64,000 bases of DNA from Vicugna vicugna (GCA_013265495.1 MU062239.1:1365860-1429859); one strand, 5' to 3'; positions 25,901-35,711 are shown, counted from the stretch's first letter. Notes: a model not told the origin generated them from the letters alone. A program made the numbers and translations.

Positions 25901-26416
25901 CTTCAACCATAGTTCCAGAATGCTCTCATGCCCCATAGACCCCGGGCGGCCTTTTCTCTCGCAGCCCCGGGGGCTCCTATAAACCATCTCCTCCTCCCCA
26001 GTGCCAGTCGCCCACACAGAGCCGACAGGCCCCACCACCTGGGGTTCCCCCACAGCCCCGTTCACCCACACAGCCCCAGAGTCCCTTGCGGCCTCCACAG
26101 AGCGTGCAGTGCCAGGTGTCCCCGCAGCCTCATTCACCCCGGCGGCCTGGGCTGTCCCTTCCGCTTGTCTTCTCCCCCACGGCCGCCTACAGTCCTGCAG
26201 CCTTTCTGCGCCCACACAGCGCGCCTCCCGCACCAAGGATCTCTCCCGGCGCCTCGCCCCACGGCTTTGGGACGTCCCTGCACCGCATCTCTTCCCCCAC
26301 GGCCGCCGGACTCCTCGCCCGGACCTGCTGGGCCCCACGCAGCGGCCGGGCGCCTCTGACGCTAGCTCGCCCCCGCGCAGCCCGGGCAAGGCCCCGCGGC
26401 CAGCCGCCCTGCTCAT
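22913..26416 (-). CDS. Uncharacterised 1167 aa Gly/Ala/Val/Pro/Arg-rich repeat protein, single-exon ORF nested in KIAA0753 intron 1
   Basis: Stop-free frame 26512-22913; first ATG at 26416, strong-context ATG at 25987; about 30 Trp codons; recurring PGxWGRRQ motif at mostly 25+6n aa spacing; the other five frames are repeatedly interrupted. Confidence 0.7.
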   Translation of the reverse strand: MSRAAGRGALPGLRGGELASEAPGRCVGPSRSGRGVRRPWGKRCGAGTSQSRGARRRERSLVREARCVGAERLQDCRRPWGRRQAEGTAQAAGVNEAAGTPGTARSVEAARDSGAVWVNGAVGEPQVVGPVGSVWATGTGEEEMVYRSPRGCERKGRPGSMGHESILELWLKVQAMRAASGCGEGSRVELHPMPAGGGPVERGVPGQASWVETSRGGLTGPWVKGQARAFPRATGVSIARSQEAGYERASGLCGQGWAVTVPGTMEANSGIAPHLLGRGQVAGVPGAVEGIGCGVAPGSWGKGATRGVPGTMGWPEVVEVPRAVEGELGCGGAPGLWEREQSVQVPGALAQEAVCGDTPGLRAREQAAAVPDARGVFRTMEEEATSVGAPVVWQMRPAVEETGPGSLPSPWGTRQPVGVPCAIGERMRCGGDPGFRERGQAVWVETGSGGDSGSWEAVQTAEVSGPEEQEAGAGDAPGLWGTGRPVGVAGALGKETGCGSVPGLWGTEQPMGVAQAVVVPGAMGGQTGYDGLPGSWGRRQALGVPLAEAVPGVIREETCSGNILSLWERRQAMGEQEALVPTALGGTGSVAQETSYGDALCLCRKRQAVVLSETGGRSEAAGVPKRRCAPAGVPTAVGVPGSGRVPVRVPAAGWVPGSACQGNSSRDDLSLWGRVHTARRAMASGIPMAPKELWSVGEDAGSEAFPGSWGRRPAIGVPVTDRVPVAPEVPGLGGEEMGSGAVPGSWGRRHNTRVPVAAEVPAAPRVPDPLGTETGSGGFSHLPGRRATPGVPVTAGVSVAAGLPVALRAPRPVREAAGSGDVSGLWGERETVWGPADAKGPTRMGVPATLRVPGPVGEKLGPGGISDWAGGRQTTGAPVAMGLRTTAGVPRPVGEEVPSGALLGLLGRRQAAEAPVTAGVLMAARVPTAAGVPGPLVGHGSSGDGSGMWGRRQGTEVPMAAGASGPMDGNTGSEGVAGLWRRRPNGAVPEAVRVPLSGRVLAAGGVPTAGRGPAAVWVTGCAEETNAAVSGCAVARRQSTEGPGALVGESGGRSFLGLAGRSQAVGVSYTCGRGTRLWSCRRSVGEEPDPENVPGVSGTSMAVGLNESEDVPPDSRGETGIGHFGQHAQQSGRRQTGEGSGVRVRGDNLGENYEGEDRLTGVFQEYM

Positions 26417-26821
26417 AGCCCCAGGACGACTCCCGCCTTCCCAGCGCAGCTCCGGGGCACTTTCTGTTTTAGCACCAGCTCCCAAGGAGGCTCCACACAC
26501 CCACTCACACACTCAGCTCCAGCTCTCGCAGCCTTCCTCAGTCCCAGCCCCCTACCCCCGCCCAGTCCTGGACGCCCGCCCCCTACTGGTCCCGGCCCCC
26601 ACCCCCACCAAGCCCTGGCAGGAGAAAAGGTAAATAGGCCCGACGAGCGGAAGGATCTGCCCCGGCTCAAGGTCTCCTCTACCCCAGGTCCATGACTCCT
26701 AGCGCAGCTTCCCAGAATCCCCCCAGCTCTGGCCCGAGCCCACCTGGCCTGGGGCGCGGCGCGGCTACCCGGAACCGGGCAGGGGGGCCGCAACTAGGCC
26801 TCGCTTCCGGCCGCTCGCCCA

Positions 26822-26835
26822 GTCGCCATGGCAAC
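26822..26835. promoter_or_regulatory. RFX X-box GTCGCCATGGCAAC
   Basis: 13 of 14 match to the palindromic X-box GTTGCCATGGCAAC, inside the promoter CpG island of a ciliopathy gene. Confidence 0.75.
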
Positions 26836-26877
26836 GGGCGCAAGGCAGCTTGGGAGCCGTTAAGGCTCCAAAGTCAC

Positions 26878-27060
26878 CTAAAGGTCCAGGGACTGCGTAG
26901 CGGTAGGCTTTACAGCCACTGCTTATGGGGCTGGGGCCAGGACCAGTTTGGGGCAGAAGCCAGGGTTTTAGGTGCAGCCAGCACGGGAAGACCTGCGAAA
27001 CGGAGCAGAATGACGGCACGGAGGAGTTACGACCATCAGAGGCTCCCGTAGCACCCCAGC
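26878..27060 (-). other. KIAA0753: Putative non-coding exon 1 of KIAA0753 (5' limit uncertain)
   Basis: Donor TAG|GTGACT at 26878/26877 in the CpG island; exon 2 has an acceptor upstream of its ATG, so an upstream exon is needed. Confidence 0.5.
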
Positions 27061-27182
27061 GCCTGGCTGGTTCCCTCAGGCCCCGCCCACCCGGAAACAG
27101 CTTCGCCCCGCCCTGCGTGGGGTCACTCCCCGCGGCAGCGTGACCCAAGAACACCTCCCGCGGTTCCAGTAGCGCGCTCCGG

Positions 27183-27327
27183 ATGGCCGGCTACAAGGAG
27201 GTGAGTGTCGCCGGCTACGAGGACTTCATGCAGGCTGTGGAGCAGCACAATGGCAAGACCGTATTCGCCTACTTTTCCGGTTCTAAGGACGCCGAAGGGA
27301 AAAGCTGGTGCCCGGACTGCGTGCAGG
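27183..27327 (+). CDS. TXNDC17: TXNDC17 (TRP14) exon 1, MAGYKEVSV...KSWCPDCVQ, contains the WCPDC active site
   Basis: ATG at 27183, G|gtgagt donor; WCPDC is the TRP14 redox motif. Confidence 0.97.
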
Positions 27328-27896
27328 GTGAGTCCGCGATTCGGGGGTTGCTGCCCAGAGGAAGTGGCAGGAGGCCGAGGCTATGGCCAGAGAGCAGGGT
27401 GGGGAAGAAGCGGAAGGGAGACTTCTTGCTCCGGGAGTTCCAGGGGGCGATCTGAGCTATCATCTTGCCTTTCCCTACCCTGTTCCCGACTCTCCTCCTG
27501 TCTTTCTCCGCCCCGCCGAAAGTGCTTTTCTACTGTTCGACCCACGTAATCCTGGAATCTAGTTCTTTAAACCTTTTTCATTTCTCCAGTATGATTAGTG
27601 TCTTACAGAAGACGTGAGTTGATTTCCTTTAGTTAAGTCAGCAAATATTTGTCTTTCATTGTTAAAGGCGCTGTGGCGCGGGGACAAATCGGGACTGAGT
27701 TCGTCTTTACCCTTAAAGTGACTCTCAAATCAGGAAAAAAAAAAAAACAAAAACCCGATTTCTGTTAACTTACTCAGTTAACTCCAGGTTAAAGTCTGAG
27801 TACTACCAAGACCGAGGAGAGGGAAGAGGGACGCTGTTTATCAGTACCTGACTGTAGAATTGGGGTGTAATTATTTTTATCAACTTTTCTTGAAAG

Positions 27897-27978
27897 CTGA
27901 ACCAGTCGTACGAGAGGGGCTGAAGCATGTTGGTGAAGGATGTGTGTTCATCTACTGCCAAGTAGGAGAAAAACCTTA
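27897..27978 (+). CDS. TXNDC17: TXNDC17 exon 2, 82 bp, (A)[26 protein letters not shown](Y)
   Basis: tcttgaaag| acceptor and |gtaagt donor; phase-consistent. Confidence 0.95.
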
Positions 27979-28397
27979 GTAAGTGGCAACGTGTATTCTG
28001 TTTCCCAGACATGCACTAGACTCTTGCAGACTTAGGCGAGAATGGCCTGGGATTCAGGTTGATTTCTAAGGTATAGTCGGGTAAGTTAAATAAGTAGAAG
28101 ATATTAAATTCAAACTAAAAATTTGAATGTTCAGCCATTTGTATTAGTTAAGGGTAATTCAGTGAATTTGGCCTGATGTTAGTCCAGAACTTAACTGTCT
28201 TCAAATTTATTTTATATCTTAGCATATATTCACTTAAATGAAAACTTTGCACAGGAGAATAAGGGATAAGTCATACTCAAGGTTTTCAAAATGTTTACAA
28301 CAATGAATACTAAAAGACTAAATTATACCCAACATTAAGCAAACTGTAAGAAACCAAATAAATGTTTTTCACGATCATCTTTTTTTTCTTTTAATAG

Positions 28398-28473
28398 TTG
28401 GAAAGATCCAAATAATGACTTTAGGAAAAAGCTGAAATTAACTGCAGTGCCTACACTACTTAAATATGGAACA
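28398..28473 (+). CDS. TXNDC17: TXNDC17 exon 3, 76 bp, [25 protein letters not shown]
   Basis: Long T tract then aatag|; |gtgagt donor. Confidence 0.95.
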
Positions 28474-29110
28474 GTGAGTATCTTTCTTTAACTGTGTTGA
28501 GGATACAATTCACCCTGTTAAAACTTTCTTAACTTGTTCTGGATTCAAATTTGAACAGATCTTGACATTTCATCCCAAACATCACGCGTTGCTATTCAGA
28601 ACACATTCAAAACACAACCTGGCTGTCCATCTCTATGGCCAATCACAATAAATTATTAATAATGCAAATATTAGGTCTTTTCATACCTCTTAAAGCCAAT
28701 CTTATTTTAAAATTCTATAAGCACTGTTGAAGAAAGTTGGTTAACATATAATGCCTTAAAACAATGGCATCAATAGTTGTTCTCTACTAAATTCATAATT
28801 CTCAGTGAAAAGTAAGGGCACCTCTTCTAGTTTAATCATGGCCATGGGATTCTAAATTAAAGAGTCAAGGGCAAGGGGAGGCATTGGGCTTGCTGTCTCC
28901 TGTTTTAGTCCACGGGAGCCAAGTATTTTAATGATTCACCTTAAGGCAAATATCTTAACTATTTCGTAAAACTTGTTACAAGTAGTTGATAGTTTCTGAA
29001 TGGCATAATTTCTCTGATCCAAGATTTGTGTCATTCAAGGCAGAACAATTCATTTCTCTCCTAATAACATTTTTGTAGCTGTGGGTTAAGATATGACTGT
29101 TCTCTTACAG

Positions 29111-29179
29111 CCTCACAAACTGGTAGAATCTGAGTGTCTTCAGGCTAACCTCGTGGAGATGTTGTTCTCTGAAGATTAG
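29111..29179 (+). CDS. TXNDC17: TXNDC17 exon 4, PHKLVESECLQANLVEMLFSED*; total 123 aa
   Basis: tctcttacag| acceptor; TAG at 29177-29179; 145+82+76+69 = 372 nt. Confidence 0.96.
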   Translation, partial: PHKLVESECLQANLVEMLFSED

Positions 29180-29263
29180 TAAGATTTGATGACGGCAATT
29201 GTGTCTTGATTTCATCAAGTATAAAAGAAACTGCATACCTGTTTTGAATTCATGTTAGCAGTA

Positions 29264-29269
29264 AATAAA
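29264..29269 (+). terminator. Likely TXNDC17 poly(A) signal AATAAA
   Basis: First AATAAA, 85 nt after the stop codon. Confidence 0.6.
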
Positions 29270-29365
29270 CGATGATGTAAAAAAAATTCATGTATGTCTA
29301 AAACAGTAGAGTGCTATTAAAAATGCTCATGAAGCCCCGAGTTTGCTTTAATATATGGACTTTTT

Positions 29366-29492
29366 CTTTTGTTTTATGAGAGGGAGGTAATTGGGTTTAT
29401 TTATTTATATTTGGAGGAGGTACTGGAGATTGAACCCAGGACCTCCTGCATGCTAAGCATGCGCTCTACCACTTGAGCTATACCCTGCCCCC
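29366..29492 (-). mobile_element. tRNA-derived camelid SINE (Vic-1-like)
   Basis: Reverse complement gggggcagggtatagctcaagtggtagagcgcatgcttagcatgcaggaggtcctgggttcaatc; imperfect TSD taata(t/c)atggac(t/a)tttt at 29349 and 29493. Confidence 0.88.
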
Positions 29493-29877
29493 TAATACAT
29501 GGACATTTTTAAGCTACAGGTAAAATAAGTCTTCAGGAGTGGCAGTAGAGCACAAAGGAAGGTGTTACTAGAGATAGAAATATCTAAAAGCCCCAAATAG
29601 TGCAGTAGACAGCCTCCAAGTCTCTAAAGGAGTTAGGATCTTTTAGCTTAAATTCCATTAATTTACAAAGAACTGTTATTCCTAAAACACCTTCTTTGGC
29701 TTTAGAATGTACAACTTAACCTAACCACTGGAGAAAAGCACAGCACATCCAACCCAGCCTCTGCTTAACGCTGGCAGCTGTTTACAGCTGTCTGAATGTG
29801 CTTCACTACCTGGGATGAGGTGGGTGGCAGAGGTCAGAGTCCATATAACCTAGTGGTGGGAAGGACTCCTGCCTGTG

Positions 29878-30055
29878 AGTCAGTCTCACTGATTATCACC
29901 GACTAGCTGTATAACCATAGGCAAGTTACTTAACCTTTCTAAACCTCAGTTTCCTCCTTTATGAACAAGGATTGCTCGGAGGATAAAATGAGAATGCAAT
30001 TAAGCACTTAACATAGGGCCTGGTTTGTGCTATCTGCCAAATAAATGTTAGCTTT
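29878..30055 (+). mobile_element. MIR SINE (other MIR fragments near 365-455, 31080-31200, 33075-33170, 41990-42200, 43180-43360, 47890-48000, 49470-49580, 56620-56830)
   Basis: Core actagctgtataaccataggcaagttacttaacctttctaaacctcagtttcctc. Confidence 0.8.
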
Positions 30056-30700
30056 CTTTCCCAAGTGAGCACAAGTATTTGAGACTCCCCAGTTTTGTTC
30101 TAGTTTTAAGGTTGAGTCCACAATTAATAGTTAACCACCAATCTTCTCCCTGCCATCACTGGGTCAGTGACATAGCAATGATTCTTCCTTAAAGCTCTCT
30201 TGCAAAGCAGCTGGTGATCCTGTAGAATTTAAGAACCTTTATGCAGTTCCTGTTCTGATTTAAAAGAGGTCATTGACTCCACTCCTCTCACTCTGAGGGG
30301 GGCCGGGTGGTTGACCTGAGGGACAGCAAGGTTCCAGGAGACAGACTTGCCCCAGGCCCCACTGTACATCAGGATCAGAGCTCAACTGAGAATTTGGGAT
30401 ATTTGGTAGCCCTCTCCTTGTCCCACCCCCCACCTCCTTAAACTGGTCTAAAGCACCTAACGTTTTTATTCTTAGTTGACTGTTAAATACTCATAAAAGC
30501 TTACAAACCCACAGGGAAACCAAAATGGAACAATTCTGGTTTAACAGAAATAATCTATTAACAATAAAAAGTTCAATTAAATAGCACACTAACAGTTCTA
30601 GGTGCTACCACAATAAAGATACGTAGGAAGAGTCTTTTTTGTCTTCACTGTACAAAAGCAATATATACATGTCTTAAGAGCCTGGTCTGGATCCAGCTTT

Positions 30701-30893
30701 TCATTTTCCTGATGTGTTATTTTGCTGTTGCTGCTCTGCCAGGGCTTGCTGAAGACGCATCCGCTTCCGGGAATAGTGCTGCCAGTGCAGAATTTGCTGC
30801 TCATCAATAAATTTCGCACACTGAGCATTCACCAGCTCCTTGCGGAAGTGTTCATACTGGAGCAGTTCTAACATGTGTAAACACTGAGGGTAC
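30701..30893 (-). CDS. MED31: MED31 exon 4, (K)YPQCLHMLELLQYEHFRKELVNAQCAKFIDEQQILHWQHYSRKRMRLQQALAEQQQQNNTSGK*
   Basis: accccag| acceptor; TGA at 30703-30701; total CDS 28+78+97+193 = 396 nt (131 aa); candidate AATAAA on - strand at 30465-30470. Confidence 0.97.
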
Positions 30894-31579
30894 CTGGGGT
30901 TAAGTTTATAAGTTAATGATCGACGTAATGTAAGTCAAAAACATCATGCTCTAATTCATTTACTCACTGAAACGATCCTGTAGCCTACCATTTCTGCAAC
31001 GTTAACTTAGTATACTTTGGTAGTATAGTTCTTTTTTTCCCTGCTTATGCGGGAAAGCTCATCATCAACAGTCAGCAGTCAGGAAAATTTTCAAAAGTGA
31101 GAAAACTTAAGTTCAGAAAGGTTAAATAACTTGCCCAAGACCACACAGTAACTGGTAAGCAGAGTCAACATTTGGGGGCAAATCAAGCTATTCTGTTCTG
31201 ATGGTTTCCAAAGTGAGGAACATGAACACTTTATTTTAGTAATTATGTGTTTAATGAAAATCAAATGGTTTTCCATAGATAATGATAAAAAACAACTTTT
31301 ACTTTAAAAGTGAGTTAATTTTAGAAAGAATTATGCACAAATATTGTATTCTAGTTTTCCATGGGGATATAACAATTCTGAAATTATGTACATATACTCT
31401 AAGATTGAGCAAATATGACAGTAAATACACTGTAGACAGAAAGCCAAATTTTCTGGCTCTCAGAAAAGGAGTTTCAGATGAGGAAAGGGAAAGGCTAGAA
31501 TGAAGCCTGTTATTGAGTTGGAACTGAAAATATCAGTCTGCACTCGTGGTTTTTAATACAGGCAGGTAATAGAATTAGA

Positions 31580-32660
31580 TACAGGTGTGTGTGTTTGTGT
31601 GTATACATACAAGTATACACACAGTTCCTAGCTTTGAGTGCTGAGAGAGCCTAGGAGCAATGACACTGTGGTACCAATGAGTACTCTGTACCCAGATCCT
31701 GAGTTTTAAACAGCATTATCCAGGGTTCTTTGGAGAAATGGCTGATTCTAGGGCTCACACAGGGAAAGTACAAGATAAGCCTGGAATATTATATAGCTCC
31801 AGAAAGAAAAATGCTCAAAAAATTATAGGCACATGTCAAAAGTGCTCAGTAGCCAATCTGAAGGGGCTCCCAATGGCTATATCAGGGATCACAAATGCAA
31901 GAAGATACATAACTATAACCTACAAGATAAAGAATCCAAGAGTCCATATTGATGTGACTTTTAAAAATGAATAAATAAATAAATCAGGAACAAGGAAATG
32001 TTCCTTCCTTACAAGTGAATTCTGATAAATGAGTAGAAAATGATGGAATTAGAAAATCACAGTAAAAATTGTTTCAAGGAAGTATTTTCAACAGATGCTA
32101 AAGTTAGTGCATAAAAGAATGAAATATGAAGTGAGATATTTACATAGTTTCAAAGTATTTCCTCACGAGATAAAGTATTAAATACAAAAGGAAAAATAGT
32201 AACTTGATATGAAGAAAACTGGCAACCACCATCTCAACCAAGTGATCAAAATTAACATCACCAGCAGTGGGACACATGGACTTCCTGTGACTCCTGATAT
32301 ACCAAGAAGGATATAACATCACTTCTGTGTCACAATTAAGGGGAAAAAAAAAAAAAAACTCAGATGAACTCAGATGAATGGAGACTCAGAAGACATGACA
32401 ACAGAATGCAGCATGAGGACAGACTAGATACTATACCAGCCACAGACGTTAATGAGACAGCTGGCGAAGTGTGACTGAGGTCTTTCCCTTAGATAGTAAG
32501 ATTAGATAATGTATTCGTGTTATGACTTTGATCATTGTACTATAATTATGAAAGAAGTTTACATTTAGACTATCTGGCAGAAGAATACACAGGAATTCTC
32601 CTTACTGTTTTCCCAGTTGTTTTGTAAGTGAAATTATTTCAAATAGAAAAGACATAAAAT
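31580..32660 (+). mobile_element. Old L1MC-type 3' UTR fragment in MED31 intron 3
   Basis: Shares motifs with 16500-17700 (ggagaaatggctgattctagggct, aaaactggcaaccaccatctcaaccaagtgatcaaaattaacatcaccag). Confidence 0.75.
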
Positions 32661-32769
32661 TTAAATGAGTCAATCAAAAAACATTTAGTCATATAGGGGG
32701 TACACAGACAGAGCCAAATTGAACAAGTGGTTCTACAAATGACTGAAGTTTGCGGACAACACACTACAG

Positions 32770-32908
32770 CAGTGCTTCTTAACTTTAAACGTTCACATGG
32801 ATCACTTTTTAAAATGCAGATCAGTAAGTCTGTGGTGGAGACTGCATTTCTAACAAGCTACCAAATGATGCCAACGCTGCTGGTCTCGGGAGCAGACTGA
32901 GGAGCAGA
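32770..32908. mobile_element. MER5A-like hAT-Charlie element
   Basis: cagtgcttcttaacttt ... ctgcatttctaacaagct ... tgatgccaacgctgctggtc. Confidence 0.7.
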
Positions 32909-35073
32909 GCCCAACACCATGTTGTCCTCCAAACATACTTCAGGTTTGCTCTCTATACTCCAAAGATACATAGTTGCTTGTAATTGCTGGCAGCTATGCC
33001 TGGAATGACCTACTCATACCTACCCTCCCTATTTCCTTTTCAGAAGGACATTAGTAGCTTAAAAAAAAACCTATCAGCTCTGCCATTCACCAGCTGGGTG
33101 GCCTTGAACAAGGTACTTAACCTCTCTTACGGTTTAGTTTCTTCATCTGTGAAATAAGTTAATGTGACAATGAGGAAAATGATCTTCCAAGTAGCATTCA
33201 GTCAATAACTGTAATTCAGACATGCAGTGATCATTTATCGAACTTGCAGAAGACAATACTCAGAATACATTAAATGACAGAAAAAGGAACTATAAATATT
33301 TTGATAGGCTACAATTATAGTAACCAACAAGATGAAATACAAGAGGTACAAAAGGAAGTTCTGCATTTAGATTTTTTAAAAATAAACAAGACATAAATGG
33401 AGAATTCAACTAATAACACTGACGAAAATAAGAACTGAAGTATTTCAGTTGACAAGCTCCCAGCAAATCAACAATGTGAATCCTTGCCCCGTCACCACCA
33501 CCCCCAAAAAGGTAATATAAACTTAAGTTGAACTAACAGAAGTTTAATGTCCATATGAAGGAAAAAAATGTGATTGGTCCACCGTACCCTGACATCTGAA
33601 GGCCTGTGTTTAGTTCTTGGCTGAATAACGTAAAGCACAAGAGTAAAATATCCAAAGGAGGGCATATGAGAAATGGCTGAAGGGAGGTGAGAAAAATAGT
33701 TGTAAGAGATACATCAAAGTTGCAGGTCCTGGCTATTCACGAAACGGTGCCAAGTGTCTAGAAGTGGCAGCTGCTCCTCTGCTCTAGCCAGTGGTTGACC
33801 TCGGAGAACAAAGACCTGCAATTACCAGATCTTCCAGAATTTTACAGAGTAGCTAGAAATCTGGAATGAAATATGAAACTTACCAATCTTTAAAGGTTGG
33901 CAACTATTAAATAAAAACCCTGTGCAGAAATGAAATGGGGGTTAATTTGCAACCTCTCTTGAATTTAAATATCTGAAGAGATTGGTTCTTAATTAATTCA
34001 GGGACAAAACTCAGAACATGAGTTGAAGCTACATGGAGGTATATCATATTATAATATAAGGTAGAACTTTCTAGCATCTAGCTAACAAGGGTAATTGGCT
34101 GTCCCTGAACAGAGTATAGTATGTGCTCACTGGAATCCTCCAGCCAGCGTCCAATGACCATCTCAGCAATGTTGGGGATGAAACTGAACTTGATGATGTG
34201 TAAGGCTCAGTGTCCAACACTGAGTCTCTAAGTCCACATACATACAACCTACTGCAATCTATTTTAAAAAAAAAAAAGTCTTTTTGCTGGATTAGTAAAT
34301 GAATAAGTGGTTTTTTATAAAGAGCTTGTAAGGGTACAAGGGGTCCTCCTGCAGGCAGAAGGATGTGGGCTTCATGATTCAGCTGGTATTAGACACAGAT
34401 CAGAAAAGTGACTTGGATAAAGTAAACGTTTGAAACATTTTCCTCTCAAACTTGTGGGTAGGGAAAGAAAGACAAAAAGTTTCACCATTGCCTTCTTTGT
34501 TAAAGAAAAAAAACAAACAAAAGTTTTACCACTGCTTTTTTCACTGCCTAGTTAAAACAAAGCAGAGGTGGCAGTTATTTTTTACCATTAAAAAGAAATA
34601 GGTTCATGATTAGAATATGCTTCTTGCAATTCAATAAACCTTAAAATGACAGCATCTGTTGCACAACCTGAATAAATAAATACATAAACATATATATACA
34701 CATACACACATATATATATGGTTTGGTTTTTTTTTTCCTCTCCTAAATGAGCATAGCGCCTGACACATAGGAGGCCCTAAAATAAGCAAGCAGCTCCTAA
34801 GACTCAGGTAAGATTATCTCCTCCAGAAAACCCTCCTCACAAGTACCCCTTTCTACATTCTTTCATTTTCAGCCTATGGCTATGTCATTGCATATACAGA
34901 TTGTAGGTTTCTTGGGGCAAGAAACCCACTGAGAGTACAAGATAAGGTGAAAAAAGACAGGGCCAGATCAGTAGAACTTTAGCTTGAGGAAAAAGACTAG
35001 ATTTTATTCTGCCTGCAAGGGAAGCCACTGAAAGGTTCTAATGGAATGCTGTGATTTACATTTGTAAGAGATC

Positions 35074-35195
35074 TAGTTGGGGCCATTCTTCCTCTCTTGG
35101 ATTGGCCCACTCCTAATTCTTGGGAGTGTACTATCTTTTTTTTTTTTTGTTTACTTCACTAATAAAAATCTTGTTTGTATCACGCTAGAAAAAAA
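35074..35195 (+). mobile_element. Short ERV-LTR-like (R region) fragment ending in an A tail
   Basis: cactcc...ggagtgtact hairpin, T run, aataaa at 35161, then cacgctag and A8; weak flanking repeat a(g/a)agatc. Confidence 0.45.
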
Positions 35196-35462
35196 GATCA
35201 AGTTGGCATTTATGTAGAAAATGGTTTTGCTTTGCTTGTCTTTGGAGGTGGGATGGAAGTTGGGATACCAGTGAATAGATTACTAGAATAATCTTGAGTT
35301 AGATTAGAGATAAGTGTGTCTTGTATTAAAGTGGTGGCAACTAAAATGCAGATATTCAAAGTATATTTTTTTCCAATGTGAAACTAAGAAGTCTATTAAA
35401 TATCAGTGTTTTGAAATATAATAAAGTATACACATATTTAGGACTATAAAAATTAAACTTAC

Positions 35463-35559
35463 TTTAGATACTTGGCATATTCTGGTTCTTTCCAGTAAAG
35501 CAAGTACTTAAGATAATTAACAAAAGCTTTGTCTTTGAAGTAACCTCTCTGGGCAAGAA
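35463..35559 (-). CDS. MED31: MED31 exon 3, 97 bp, (F)LAQRGYFKDKAFVNYLKYLLYWKEPEYAKYL(K)
   Basis: cctttcag| acceptor and |gtaagt donor; SOH1/MED31 domain peptide. Confidence 0.96.
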
Positions 35560-35711
35560 CTGAAAGGCATAAAAAAAAAAAAAAAATCTGTAGAGCAAAC
35601 CAATCCTTGGACTACTGATTTGTGACTCCTAACATAAACAAAGAATTTACTTACATTAACATCCCCAACACCAACACATGCTGAATTCAAAACACAAAGG
35701 TTGCTCGATTT

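Larger units (their letters stand above)
25950..27550. promoter_or_regulatory. CpG island / bidirectional promoter KIAA0753-TXNDC17
   Basis: Dense CpGs; head-to-head genes; ETS/GABP-type cttccgg at 26804-26810 and ccggaa near 27091; GC box ccccgccc near 27081; limits approximate. Confidence 0.85.

Noticed and set aside
26417-26512. GTG-initiated 32 aa extension giving the 1199 aa track ORF
   Set aside because: GTG start is a track convention; the first ATG is at 26416
27328-27455. Continuation of the TXNDC17 ORF to 90 aa
   Set aside because: Read-through into intron 1; the thioredoxin fold continues only via splicing at 27327
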